Origin: Candidatus Hydrogenedentota bacterium
GTDB taxonomy: Bacteria > Hydrogenedentota > Hydrogenedentia > Hydrogenedentales > SLHB01
DNA length: 64,000 nucleotides
Reading direction: 5' to 3'
Assembly (NCBI GenBank): GCA_963745075.1
Contig: CAVUWV010000024.1
Coordinates: 128,001 to 192,000 of the forward strand
How positions within the stretch are numbered: position 1 is the first letter of the stretch; every line of letters begins with the position of its first letter. A program made the translations under genes and the position numbers. The notes under the pieces were generated by a model. That model saw only the letters and a list, made by a program, of their open reading frames with translations. It made no database searches and was not told the DNA's origin. Shown here one piece after another: positions 1-10,100 of this stretch.

Positions 1-3000
1 GACTTAGCCTTTCTCCAATACACCTCGGGCTCCACGTCCCTTCCCAAAGGCGTCATGGTGTCCCATGGCAACTTGTTGCACAATTGCGGATATATCCAGA
101 GCGCACTCGGCCTGACCCCGGAAGACCACGTCCTCAGTTGGTTGCCCCAATTCCACGATATGGGGCTTTTATCCGGCGTGCTGATACCGCCTTACGTGGG
201 GTGCCGTGCCTCCTTGATGGCCCCTATGTATTTTCTGCAACGTCCGGCCCGGTGGTTGCAGGCCATGTCCGAACTGAAAGCCACCGTTTCCGGTGGCCCG
301 AACTTCGCCTACCAACTTTGTGTGGACAAGGTTGTGGAGGACGATTGCAAGACGCTCGATTTGGCATCCTGGCGGGTGGCGTTCAACGGCGCCGAGCCCA
401 TTCGTCCAGGAACCCTGGATGCGTTCACCGCTAAGTTCCGCTCGTGCGGTTTCCGTCACGAAGTGCACGTGCCCTGTTACGGTCTCGCGGAAGCTACCCT
501 CGCCGTCACGTTCGCAAAATGTGACGCCGCTCCGGTGGTCCGCGAGTTTACCCCTTCGGAACAGTTGGACTCGGATGCGAGTGCCGCCCCGGAACGCACG
601 CGTTCATTGGTCGCGTGCGGAGCGCCAGCGGACGATCAAACGGTGCGCATCGTCAATCCCGAAACCCGCCACGAATGCGCCCACCGCGAGGTCGGTGAGA
701 TTTGGGTCCGCGGCGAAAGTGTGGCGCAGGGATATTGGAACCGTCCGGAAGAAACGGCGGCAACCTTCGACGGTCGACTTGCCGATACCGACGACGGCGC
801 CTATTTGCGCACGGGAGATTTGGGGATTTTGGCCGACAGTCAGCTCTATGTCGCCGGACGCCTCAAAGATCTCATCATCATTCGCGGGATTAACTACTAT
901 CCCCAGGATATCGAATTGACGGTCGAGTCATGCCACCCGGTGCTGCGTTCCGGCTGCGGAGCCGCCTTCGCGGTCGAAGATTCAGGTACGGAACGGTTGG
1001 TTGTGGCGCAAGAAGTTTCCCGCGACGATGTCGACGAATTCGATGTTGATGACGTAGCGAGCGCGATTCGATCCGCCGTGGGCGAGCAACATGAGTTGGA
1101 AGTCTACGCGGTCCTGTTGCTGCAACCCGGCTCGATTCCCAAGACTTCCAGCGGCAAAATCCAGCGGCGCGCGTGCCGGAATGCATATTTGGCCGGGAAG
1201 TTGGCTCTCGTCGGTCAATCCACGCGCGAAGAGACAGGAATTGCCGGCGATGCCGTCGTCCCGTCACGGGTTGCGGCCACCGAACAGGATACCGAAAAAG
1301 CCTACGCGCGAATTCGCGATTTTCTCACGCACCGAATCGCCCTGCGACTCAGTATCGAGGTTGGCGCTGTTGATGTGAAGCAGCCCTTCTCAAGTCTAGG
1401 CCTCCATTCCATGGCCGCCGTCGAAATGGCCGCCGATCTCGAGAAGATGATGGGGCACTCGCTGTCGCCGACACTGGCGTACGAGTATCCCTGTATCGAC
1501 GCCCTCTCTCATCACCTCGCCGGATCGTGGGTGCCTTTCACATCCGAATCCGAGAGCCGCAAGCAGGGCGAACCCATCGCCATCGTCGGCATGAGTTGCC
1601 GCTTCCCCGGCGCCAACAGCACCGCCGAATTCTGGTCCCTGTTGCGCGAAGGACGTGATGCGATTCGGGAAATCCCCCAGGAACGGTGGGACTTGGAAGC
1701 GCTCTACGATCCGGATACGGCGACTCCGGGTAAGATGATTACCAAATGGGGCGGGTTTATTGACGGCGTGGATCAATTTGATGCGGCGTTTTTCAACATT
1801 TCACCGCGCGAAGCCGCTAGTATGGATCCGCAGCAGCGGGTATTGCTCCAAGTTGCCTGGGAAGCCCTGGAACACGCGGGAATCCGGCCCGACCGTCTCG
1901 GAGGCTCTGCCACGGGATCGTTCATTGGAATCTCCTCGATCGACTATCTGCAACTCCAGCTCCTTCTGGGCGCCGAAAACGACGCATACGTCGCGACCGG
2001 AAACACCCAGTCGATCGCGTCGAACCGTCTTTCCTATCTACTCGATCTTCACGGACCCAGCGTGTCAGTGGATACGGCATGCTCGTCTGCTTTGGTGGCA
2101 TTGCATCAGGCCTGCCAAAGTCTGCGTGACCGGGAGTGCAGTCTTGCGCTCGCCGGCGGAGTCAGCGTGATCTTGTCACCGCTGGCAACCGTCGCGCTGT
2201 CCCAGGCGCGGATGCTCGCGCCGGACGGACGCTGCAAAGCCTTCGACGCGTCCGCCGACGGTTATGTGCGCAGCGAAGGGTGCGGAATCGTTGTGCTCAA
2301 GCGTCTTGCCGACGCACTGGCCGATGGTGACAACGTGTTGGCCGTCGTTCGGGGTACCGCCGTCAACCACGTCGGGCACAGCAACGGCTTGACGGCGCCC
2401 AGCACCAAAGCCCAACAGGCCGTCATTCGCGCCGCGCTCGACAACGCCGATGTCGCGCCCGCCGAAGTCTCCTTTCTCGAAGCGCACGGTACCGGCACCG
2501 CTTTGGGCGATCCGATCGAGATCGAATCCATTCAAGCAGTCCTGTCGGAAGGCCGTGATCCGGAAAACCGGTGCGCCATCGCCTCCGCAAAAAGTAACGT
2601 GGGCCACTTGGAACCCGCGGCCGGGATCGTCGGGCTGATCAAGGTCGTCCTCGCGTTGCTGCACGAAGAGATTCCGCTGCATCTTCATCTGAACCAACTG
2701 AACCCACTCATCAAACTCGATGAGTCGCGTTTCGAGATTCCAACGGACCGAAAGCCCTGGTCCCGTGGCGCCCGCCGCCGTCTTGCCGGTGTGAGTGCCT
2801 TCGGATTCGGCGGCGCGAACAGCCACGTGGTACTCGAAGAAGCGCCGCTCACGGTTTCCGTAAAGGCAAAGGATGCGCCCGAGCGGCCACGGCACGTCTT
2901 AACGTTGTCCGCCCGCACCGAAACGGCCTTGCACGCATTGGCCCGTCGCTATTCGGAATTCGTTACAACCGGCGGCGTGTCGGTGCCGGACCTCTGTTAC

Positions 3001-6000
3001 GCCGCAAATACCGGCCGGTGCTCCTTTGAACAACGACTGGCCATCGTCACGGAACCACTCGATGGCGAGAATGCTGCACAGTCGCTTCGTGATGTGCTTG
3101 CCACTGTCGCCGAAGGGAAGAAGACTCCGACCGCCTTGCGCGGCACCGTGCGCCCCGGGAACCGTCCAAAGCTTGCGTTCCTGTTCACCGGTCAAGGCGC
3201 GCAGTTCGCCGCCATGGGGCGGCAGTTGTACGAGACCGAACCGGTGTTCCGCGCGACCATCGATCGGTGCGATGCAATTCTCCGCGAGTACCTCGAACAG
3301 CCTTTGTTGTCGGTTCTGTACCCGCCGGAGGGTGCGAATTCCCCGATCAATGAAACGGCCTACACCCAGCCTGCATTGTTCGCGCTGGAGTATGCTCTCG
3401 CCGAACTGTGGCGATCGTGGGGCATCGTCCCCGACTACCTCCTCGGCCATAGCGTCGGCGAATATGCCGCCGCGTGTTTTGCCGGCATGTTCAGTCTCGA
3501 AGACGGCCTCAAACTCATTGCCGAACGCGGACGCCTGATTCAGTCGTTGCCGGCAGGCGGCAAGATGGCTGCCATCTTCACCGACCACGCAACGGTCGAC
3601 GCTGTGGTGAAAAAATACTCCGATTCCATATCCGTGGCCGCCGTGAATGGACCCAACCTCGTCGTCGTGTCCGGCGAAGGCGAGGCACTTGACGCCGTCG
3701 TCGAGCACTTTTCCGAGCAGAACGTGCGCTGCACGCGCATGACGGTTTCCCACGCGTTCCATTCACCCTTGATGGATCCGATTCTCGATGCATTCTTCGA
3801 AGTTGCCAACGGCGTAACCTATCGGCCTTTGCTGATTCCCCTCGTTTCCAACCGCACCGGACAGACGCTCGAAAAAGGCGACACGCTGGACGCCGCCTAC
3901 TGGCGCGACCACATCCGCGACGCGGTACTCTTTGACGGTGGCATGCAGGCACTCGCCGATCACGGCGTTTCCATGTTCCTCGAGATTGGACCCGCAAACA
4001 CGCTTATCGGAATGGGACGCCGTTGTCTCTCCAAGACCGAAGCGACATGGCTTCCGTCTCTCGGAAAAGACCCGGACAATTGGCGGACCCTGCTGACCGC
4101 CGCGGCCACGCTGCACGTCAATGGAATTGAGTTGGATTGGCACGCCTTTGATGCCGAACGGCCCCGTCGGCGCGTCGCAGTGCCGACCTATCCTTTCGAA
4201 TTGAAACGCTTCTGGTTTACCGAGCGGCCCGGCGCGTCTTCCGAGATTGTCCGTGCGCTCGGAGGCCAGGTTGCCGGCGGTATTTCGGACGCCGCTACGC
4301 TCAGCGAAGAAGACCGCGCGAAAGTTTCCAGCTGGTTTTACGGTATCGACTGGGAGACCCTTCCCGAGGTGCCGAAATCCAAGGACACGGGCCGTTGGCT
4401 GATCTTTGCGGAAGACACGCCGTTTTCGAAGGTCCTTCTTGAAGAGTTTGAGGCGCGTGGTCTGAATGTAACCCGCGTCGGCCGCGGTTCGAAGTGCTCC
4501 TGCGATGGTCCAACGTGGACGGTGCGTCCCGATTCGCCCGAAGATATCGACCGCTGTCTTGATGCCGCCTTCAGTTCCAACGGCTCGGGAAAGACCGGCG
4601 TCCTTTACATGGGGGGAGCGCCCTCGTTAGTGGACCAAAACGCTCCCGGTTCGGATGCGTTGGCTGCCTATTCGACTTCCTGCCGTGGCGCCTTCGCGGT
4701 AGCGCAAACCCTGGCTCGGCGCGCCGTATCGAAAACTGCCCCGAAACTCTACGTTGTGACTCGGGGTACGCAGTGCACGGCAGACGACGCAAACGCCCCG
4801 AATATGGCGGATGCCTCCCTCTGGGCATTGGGTCGTTGTATCGCGCTCGAACATCCTGACGTCATGGCCAAGCTCATCGATCTTCCAATTCCGGATGACG
4901 TCCAAGCGGCCACCGTTGCCGACGAACTTCTCGCGGCCGACAACGAAAACATGGTCGCCCTGCGGTCTTCCAACCGCTACGGTGCGCGCGTCACGCCCTT
5001 AACAGACAAAGACGAAAAACCCAAACCTCGTTTCCACTGCACCCCCGACGGCGCGTACCTCATCACCGGCGGATTCGGCGGTCTCGGCGTCAAAGTCGCG
5101 CAGTGGCTCGTTCGAAATGGCGCCCGCAGGCTAATCCTCCTGTCTCGAACCGCATTACCTCCGCGTGCAGAGTGGGCGACGCTCGATGCGTCAAGCCGCC
5201 CTGGAGCGAATGCGGCCGTAGTACGTGACCTCGAAGCGATGGGCGCTGCCGTTCACGTCGCCGCCGTCGACGTCGCGGACGCCGACGCCCTCGATCATTT
5301 CCTCGAAACATACCGTCTTGAACTGTGGCCCCAGATTCGCGGTGTTATCCATGCCGCGGGACTGCTGGACGACCAGTTGATTCATGACCTGGACCCCATA
5401 TCCTTTGAACGGGTCGGTCGTTCCAAAGTTGCCGGTGCCTGGAATCTCCATCGCGCCTTCAGCGACGCGGATCTCGATTTCTTTATATTGTTCTCGTCGG
5501 CTGCGTCCATGTTCGGATCGGTGGGGCAGGGGAACTACGCCGCCGCAAACGGCTGGATGGACGCCCTGGCGCGCTACCGCCGTGCAAACGGCGTGACGGC
5601 TCTCAGCGTCAACTGGGGACCCTGGGCCGAAGTCGGTATGGCCGCCCAGCCCAACCGTGGCGGACGGCTCGCCCAGCAGGGCATTGCCAGTATCGAGCCC
5701 GATCTCGGGTTGGCCGCCCTTGGCATGCTGCTCGCACGCGAAGATGCGCAGGTCGGCGTCGTCGATGCGGATTGGTCGGCGCTGCAGTCGCTCTTCGACG
5801 CGGGCGACGGCGTACCGTTCCTGTCCAAGGTGGCCGGTGCGACGAAGGCCGCCTTGCCCAGCGACCGGTGCAAGAAGATTCTCGATTCCGAAGGTGACGA
5901 ACGACGGAAGCTCATTGAGGAGCAGCTCTGCGCGTCGATCGGCGAGGTGCTCCATACCGATCCCGCAGCAATTCCCGTGGACCAGAACGTCGTAAATCTG

Positions 6001-7155
6001 GGCCTCGACTCGATCATGGTCATGGACTTGATTCGCAACATTGGCCGCGACCTCAAGATTCGGATCCACCCCCGCGAGGTCTTCGAACAGCCGTCGCTGA
6101 ACGGACTCGCCACATACATTGGCACCGAACTCGACATCATGCAGCACAAACGTGCCGGGGAAGCGCCGCCGGAAGAAGGCTTCATCAAGGCCAACATCAA
6201 CAAGGCGCGCGGCAAAATCACCGCGCCCCCCAAGCCCGAAAAGAAAAACCCACCCTGCGTGTTCCTGCTCTCCGCGCCGCGTTCGGGCTCGACCCTGCTC
6301 CGCGTCATGCTGGCTGGGCATTCCGGCCTGTTCAGTCCCCCGGAATTGCACATTCTCCATTTCCATTCCATGCGAGACCGCCGGACTTTCCTCGGTGAAG
6401 GCAATTATCTCGGCGACGGGTTGCAACGGGCCTTCATGGAAGCCCAGGGAATCGATGCCGACGCCGCAGAGAAACGTATCGAGCGGATGTACGAAGAAGA
6501 CACACTCATCCAAGACGTATTTACCTTGTTGCAGGAACAGGTCAACCCCCGGTTGCTCGTGGATAAATCACCGACGTATACCGGCCGTCGCGAGACCCTG
6601 GAGCGCGCCGAGGATCTCTTCGAGAACCCCAAGTACATCTATCTCTATCGCCACCCCTACGCGGTAATCGAGTCGTACGTGAAGAACCGTACCGGGAAGA
6701 TGTTCGATTTCGGACACGCCGATCCCTATCTCCTGGCGGAAGAAGTGTGGGCGTCCCACAACGAGAACACCATCGAGTTCTTGAAAGCCGTGCCGGACGA
6801 CCGCCAGTTCCCGGTGCGCTACGAAGAACTTGTCACCGATCCCGAACGCATCATGCGCGACATGTGCGCGTTTCTCGACCAGCCGTTTGAACCGGCGGTT
6901 CTCGATCCCTACGCGAAAGGCCGCATGACCGACGGCGTGCGCTCGAAGGCCCGCGCGATCGGCGATCCCAACTTCATGAAACACACGTCGATCGATCCGA
7001 CGCTGGCCGACGCGTGGAAACGCGCCAAACTGCCCTATCCACTGAAGGAATGGGCGCAGCGTATCGCCGACGTACTCGCGTACGAACTCCCGAACGAGCA
7101 CCTCGCGGAAGCGCATGCCGGTTCCACGGAGGAAATGGAGGAAGAGCGCCTATGA
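1..7155 (+). CDS. 5'-truncated type I PKS: FAAL-ACP-KS-AT-KR-ACP-sulfotransferase (CurM/Ols-like, no TE)
   Basis: The frame is open from base 1 (DLAFLQYTSGSTSLPKGVMVSHGN, a FAAL A3 motif). Motifs: WLPQFHDMGL, KTSSGKIQR; ACP1 LGLHS (~1399); KS DTACSS (~2071), HGTGT, KSNVGHLE; AT GHSVG and HAFH (malonyl type); KR GGFGGLG, HAAGLLDD, NYAAAN; ACP2 GLDS (~6001); ST APRSGSTLLR, PELH, DKSP, RHPYAVIES. Confidence 0.93.
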   Translation, partial: DLAFLQYTSGSTSLPKGVMVSHGNLLHNCGYIQSALGLTPEDHVLSWLPQFHDMGLLSGVLIPPYVGCRASLMAPMYFLQRPARWLQAMSELKATVSGGPNFAYQLCVDKVVEDDCKTLDLASWRVAFNGAEPIRPGTLDAFTAKFRSCGFRHEVHVPCYGLAEATLAVTFAKCDAAPVVREFTPSEQLDSDASAAPERTRSLVACGAPADDQTVRIVNPETRHECAHREVGEIWVRGESVAQGYWNRPEETAATFDGRLADTDDGAYLRTGDLGILADSQLYVAGRLKDLIIIRGINYYPQDIELTVESCHPVLRSGCGAAFAVEDSGTERLVVAQEVSRDDVDEFDVDDVASAIRSAVGEQHELEVYAVLLLQPGSIPKTSSGKIQRRACRNAYLAGKLALVGQSTREETGIAGDAVVPSRVAATEQDTEKAYARIRDFLTHRIALRLSIEVGAVDVKQPFSSLGLHSMAAVEMAADLEKMMGHSLSPTLAYEYPCIDALSHHLAGSWVPFTSESESRKQGEPIAIVGMSCRFPGANSTAEFWSLLREGRDAIREIPQERWDLEALYDPDTATPGKMITKWGGFIDGVDQFDAAFFNISPREAASMDPQQRVLLQVAWEALEHAGIRPDRLGGSATGSFIGISSIDYLQLQLLLGAENDAYVATGNTQSIASNRLSYLLDLHGPSVSVDTACSSALVALHQACQSLRDRECSLALAGGVSVILSPLATVALSQARMLAPDGRCKAFDASADGYVRSEGCGIVVLKRLADALADGDNVLAVVRGTAVNHVGHSNGLTAPSTKAQQAVIRAALDNADVAPAEVSFLEAHGTGTALGDPIEIESIQAVLSEGRDPENRCAIASAKSNVGHLEPAAGIVGLIKVVLALLHEEIPLHLHLNQLNPLIKLDESRFEIPTDRKPWSRGARRRLAGVSAFGFGGANSHVVLEEAPLTVSVKAKDAPERPRHVLTLSARTETALHALARRYSEFVTTGGVSVPDLCYAANTGRCSFEQRLAIVTEPLDGENAAQSLRDVLATVAEGKKTPTALRGTVRPGNRPKLAFLFTGQGAQFAAMGRQLYETEPVFRATIDRCDAILREYLEQPLLSVLYPPEGANSPINETAYTQPALFALEYALAELWRSWGIVPDYLLGHSVGEYAAACFAGMFSLEDGLKLIAERGRLIQSLPAGGKMAAIFTDHATVDAVVKKYSDSISVAAVNGPNLVVVSGEGEALDAVVEHFSEQNVRCTRMTVSHAFHSPLMDPILDAFFEVANGVTYRPLLIPLVSNRTGQTLEKGDTLDAAYWRDHIRDAVLFDGGMQALADHGVSMFLEIGPANTLIGMGRRCLSKTEATWLPSLGKDPDNWRTLLTAAATLHVNGIELDWHAFDAERPRRRVAVPTYPFELKRFWFTERPGASSEIVRALGGQVAGGISDAATLSEEDRAKVSSWFYGIDWETLPEVPKSKDTGRWLIFAEDTPFSKVLLEEFEARGLNVTRVGRGSKCSCDGPTWTVRPDSPEDIDRCLDAAFSSNGSGKTGVLYMGGAPSLVDQNAPGSDALAAYSTSCRGAFAVAQTLARRAVSKTAPKLYVVTRGTQCTADDANAPNMADASLWALGRCIALEHPDVMAKLIDLPIPDDVQAATVADELLAADNENMVALRSSNRYGARVTPLTDKDEKPKPRFHCTPDGAYLITGGFGGLGVKVAQWLVRNGARRLILLSRTALPPRAEWATLDASSRPGANAAVVRDLEAMGAAVHVAAVDVADADALDHFLETYRLELWPQIRGVIHAAGLLDDQLIHDLDPISFERVGRSKVAGAWNLHRAFSDADLDFFILFSSAASMFGSVGQGNYAAANGWMDALARYRRANGVTALSVNWGPWAEVGMAAQPNRGGRLAQQGIASIEPDLGLAALGMLLAREDAQVGVVDADWSALQSLFDAGDGVPFLSKVAGATKAALPSDRCKKILDSEGDERRKLIEEQLCASIGEVLHTDPAAIPVDQNVVNLGLDSIMVMDLIRNIGRDLKIRIHPREVFEQPSLNGLATYIGTELDIMQHKRAGEAPPEEGFIKANINKARGKITAPPKPEKKNPPCVFLLSAPRSGSTLLRVMLAGHSGLFSPPELHILHFHSMRDRRTFLGEGNYLGDGLQRAFMEAQGIDADAAEKRIERMYEEDTLIQDVFTLLQEQVNPRLLVDKSPTYTGRRETLERAEDLFENPKYIYLYRHPYAVIESYVKNRTGKMFDFGHADPYLLAEEVWASHNENTIEFLKAVPDDRQFPVRYEELVTDPERIMRDMCAFLDQPFEPAVLDPYAKGRMTDGVRSKARAIGDPNFMKHTSIDPTLADAWKRAKLPYPLKEWAQRIADVLAYELPNEHLAEAHAGSTEEMEEERL

Positions 7156-10100
7156 CACCCGGGGGCCTCCTTGCAAAAATCCTTGCGAGGGGGGTGCACG
7201 TATGGGCCGAAGACATTGAGCTTTGCCTCCGTGCACCGAAGGGCGCCCTGTCTTCCGAATTGCGCGATGCCCTGAAGGCCAACAAGTCTGAGGTCATCGC
7301 GCTGTTGGGCCAACGCCGGAAACACGCTCCCGCATCCTATGCCCAACGCCGTCTCTGGTTCTTCGATCAACTCGAACCAAACCGGTCGACCTACAACATG
7401 CACTTGACCTATCGCCTGACCGGTGCCTTGGACGTGGTCGCGCTTGAGCAAAGTCTCAGTGCCATCGTCCGCCGTCATGAAACCCTTCGAACGTCGTTTA
7501 CCAGTTTCGAAGACCAGCCCGTCCAGGTTATTGCCGAAGATGTTCCGTTTCAGGTGAGCCATTGCGAACTCGAAAATGGCGAAAGCGATGAGGACGCACG
7601 GCTTCGCCGCCAAGTAGACAGCTACACGCGCACCCCTTTCACGCTATCCAACGCCCCATTGATGCGGGCCTATCTGATTCGCTTGCGACCCGACATGCAC
7701 GTACTTACCATCGTCCTGCATCACATCATCGCGGATGGCTGGAGCATGCGCGTCGTACTACGTGAACTGGCGGCGCACTATGCGGCCTTTGCCCGGGGAG
7801 GCCAACCGGCCATCGATCCGTTGCCGCTTCAATACGCGGATTACGCCCGCACCCAGCGGAATTGGCTTGAGAACGACCTCGATAAACGCCTCGCGTACTG
7901 GCGCGAACAACTCGCCGGTCCGCCGCCACCATTGATGCTACCCACGGATCGGTCCCGTCCCGCATTTCAAACCTTCCATGGCGGACGCGAACTGCTGGAA
8001 CTGGACCCCGAACTCGTTGCGTCATTGCGGAAACTGAGTACCGACGAAGGTGCCACCCTATTCATGACACTGTTGGCGGCCTTCGAGGTGTTGTTGTACC
8101 GCTATTCCGGCCAGGAAGACTTTGTCGTCGGTTCGCCGGTTGCGGGCCGCTCCCACCCCGGCACCGAAAACATGATTGGTTTCTTCGTCAATACGGTCGG
8201 GCTGCGTGCGAACTTCGATGGGAATCCCGAGTTTCGGGAATACCTTCGTCGCACGCGCGAAACGGTGCTTCACGCTTTCGAGCATGAGGATTTGCCCTTT
8301 GAGAAACTCGTCGAAGAACTGCACCCGGAACGTGACCTGAGCCGCACGCCGCTTTTCCAGGTCCTTTTCAATATGATTAACATGGGCGGCGACTCGCTTG
8401 AAATGGGGGACGTTACGGTCGATCGCCTGTACCGCCGCGAGCCGGAGTCCAAGTTCGACCTGACCATGTACGTCCGTCCGAAAGCAGGCAAGATTCGGCT
8501 CATGCTCGTGTACAACCGGGATCTTTTCGACAAAGAAACCATCGTGGGCATGTTGCGCGATCTTCGCTCGCTTCTCGAAGCGATCGCGGCCAACGCCGAT
8601 GCGCCCGTCGCCTCGTTACCGATGGCCCAGCGCGAACCGGATACAACGGTCGCGTTGCCGGAATCCGCGTCTGTGGTCGATTTCGATCGACCCATCCACC
8701 ACGTATTCGAAGATAGAGTGTCCGAAACCCCGGACAATATCGCCATTGCCACCCGCGAGCACGAGTGGACCTATTTCGACCTGAATCAAAGAGCGGATAC
8801 CATCGCGGCCGGATTGATGGAATCGACAGGCGCGAAGAACGCACGCATTGCTCTCGTATTCAATCACGGTGCGCCGATGATTGCCGCCGTTTTGGGAGCG
8901 TTGAAAGCGGGAAAGACCTACGTTCCCATGGACGCCGGATATCCGCAAGCCCGCTTGCGCTACATGATCGACGACGCGCAGGTTCAGGCCATCCTCACGA
9001 CGTCAGATCTGCTCGAATCAGCACGCGAGCTTGCAGACGGCCGCTGTCCCGTCTGTTCAATTGACGAATTCCAACCGGTAGAACGATTCGCGAGCGTGGA
9101 CACGGATTCAGAGACGCCAGCGTATATTCTCTACACCTCGGGGTCCACGGGTAATCCCAAAGGCGTCGTGCAGAACCATCGAAATCTGCAACACTTCATC
9201 GACGCCTACGTGCAGCGCCTTGGTCTGACGCCCAACGACCGGCTTAGTCTGCTATCGTCATTCGGGTTCGACGCGGCAGTCATGGACATCTTTTCGGCCT
9301 TGCTTACAGGGGCGTCCCTTGTCCCAATCAATCTCAAAACCGAAACGTTGCCAGACGCTATGGAATGGATGGCGACGCGACGCGTCACCGTCTACCACAG
9401 CACGCCAACCGTATTCCGCGCGTTCATAAGTGCGGTTTCGAGCGGGGAGAACAACAATGACATTCGAACCGTCGTTCTTGGTGGTGAAGTAGTCACTCGC
9501 CGAGACGTTACGCGGTTCCGGAAGCACTTCCCGTCCGATTGCAGGCTCGTAAATCTGTACGGCAGCGCAGAGGCCTCGTTCACGTGTTGCCACGTCGTAT
9601 CAGATGGGGGAGAGAGCGTCGGAGCGGTCGTTCCCATCGGTCATGCTGTGGACCGTACCGAGATTCGGCTGTTGAATGCATACGGCGGCGAAGAGCCGGT
9701 CTTCGGTGAAATCGTCGTATGCAGCCGTCATACGGCGTTAGGATATTGGACCCGCGACGCGGAGACTGCCGCAGTCTTTGGAACCGACCCGGAGCGTGAG
9801 GAAATCCGTATTTACCGTACCGGTGATCTGGGTCGCCGCCGCGCTGACGGCGTCATCGAGTACCTCGGACGTCGGGATTTCCAAATCAAGGTCCGCGGGT
9901 ACCGTGTTGAGCCCGGCGAGATCGAGACGCTCTTGAATAGATACCCCGGTGTTACCGAATCCGTCGTAGTGGCGAAGGAAGCCGACGGTGGCGACACGAA
10001 ACTCGTAGGGTATGTCGTCATTGGTGCCGGCCAGTCCCTTGATTCGCCCGCGCTGCGCGCGCATCTGAGCGGAAGACTGCCGGACTACATGATTCCGACG

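Noticed and set aside
1..7155. Calling the PKS a standard olefin synthase (ols)
   Set aside because: No TE follows the ST; the protein ends in a docking-like motif and is coupled to an NRPS.
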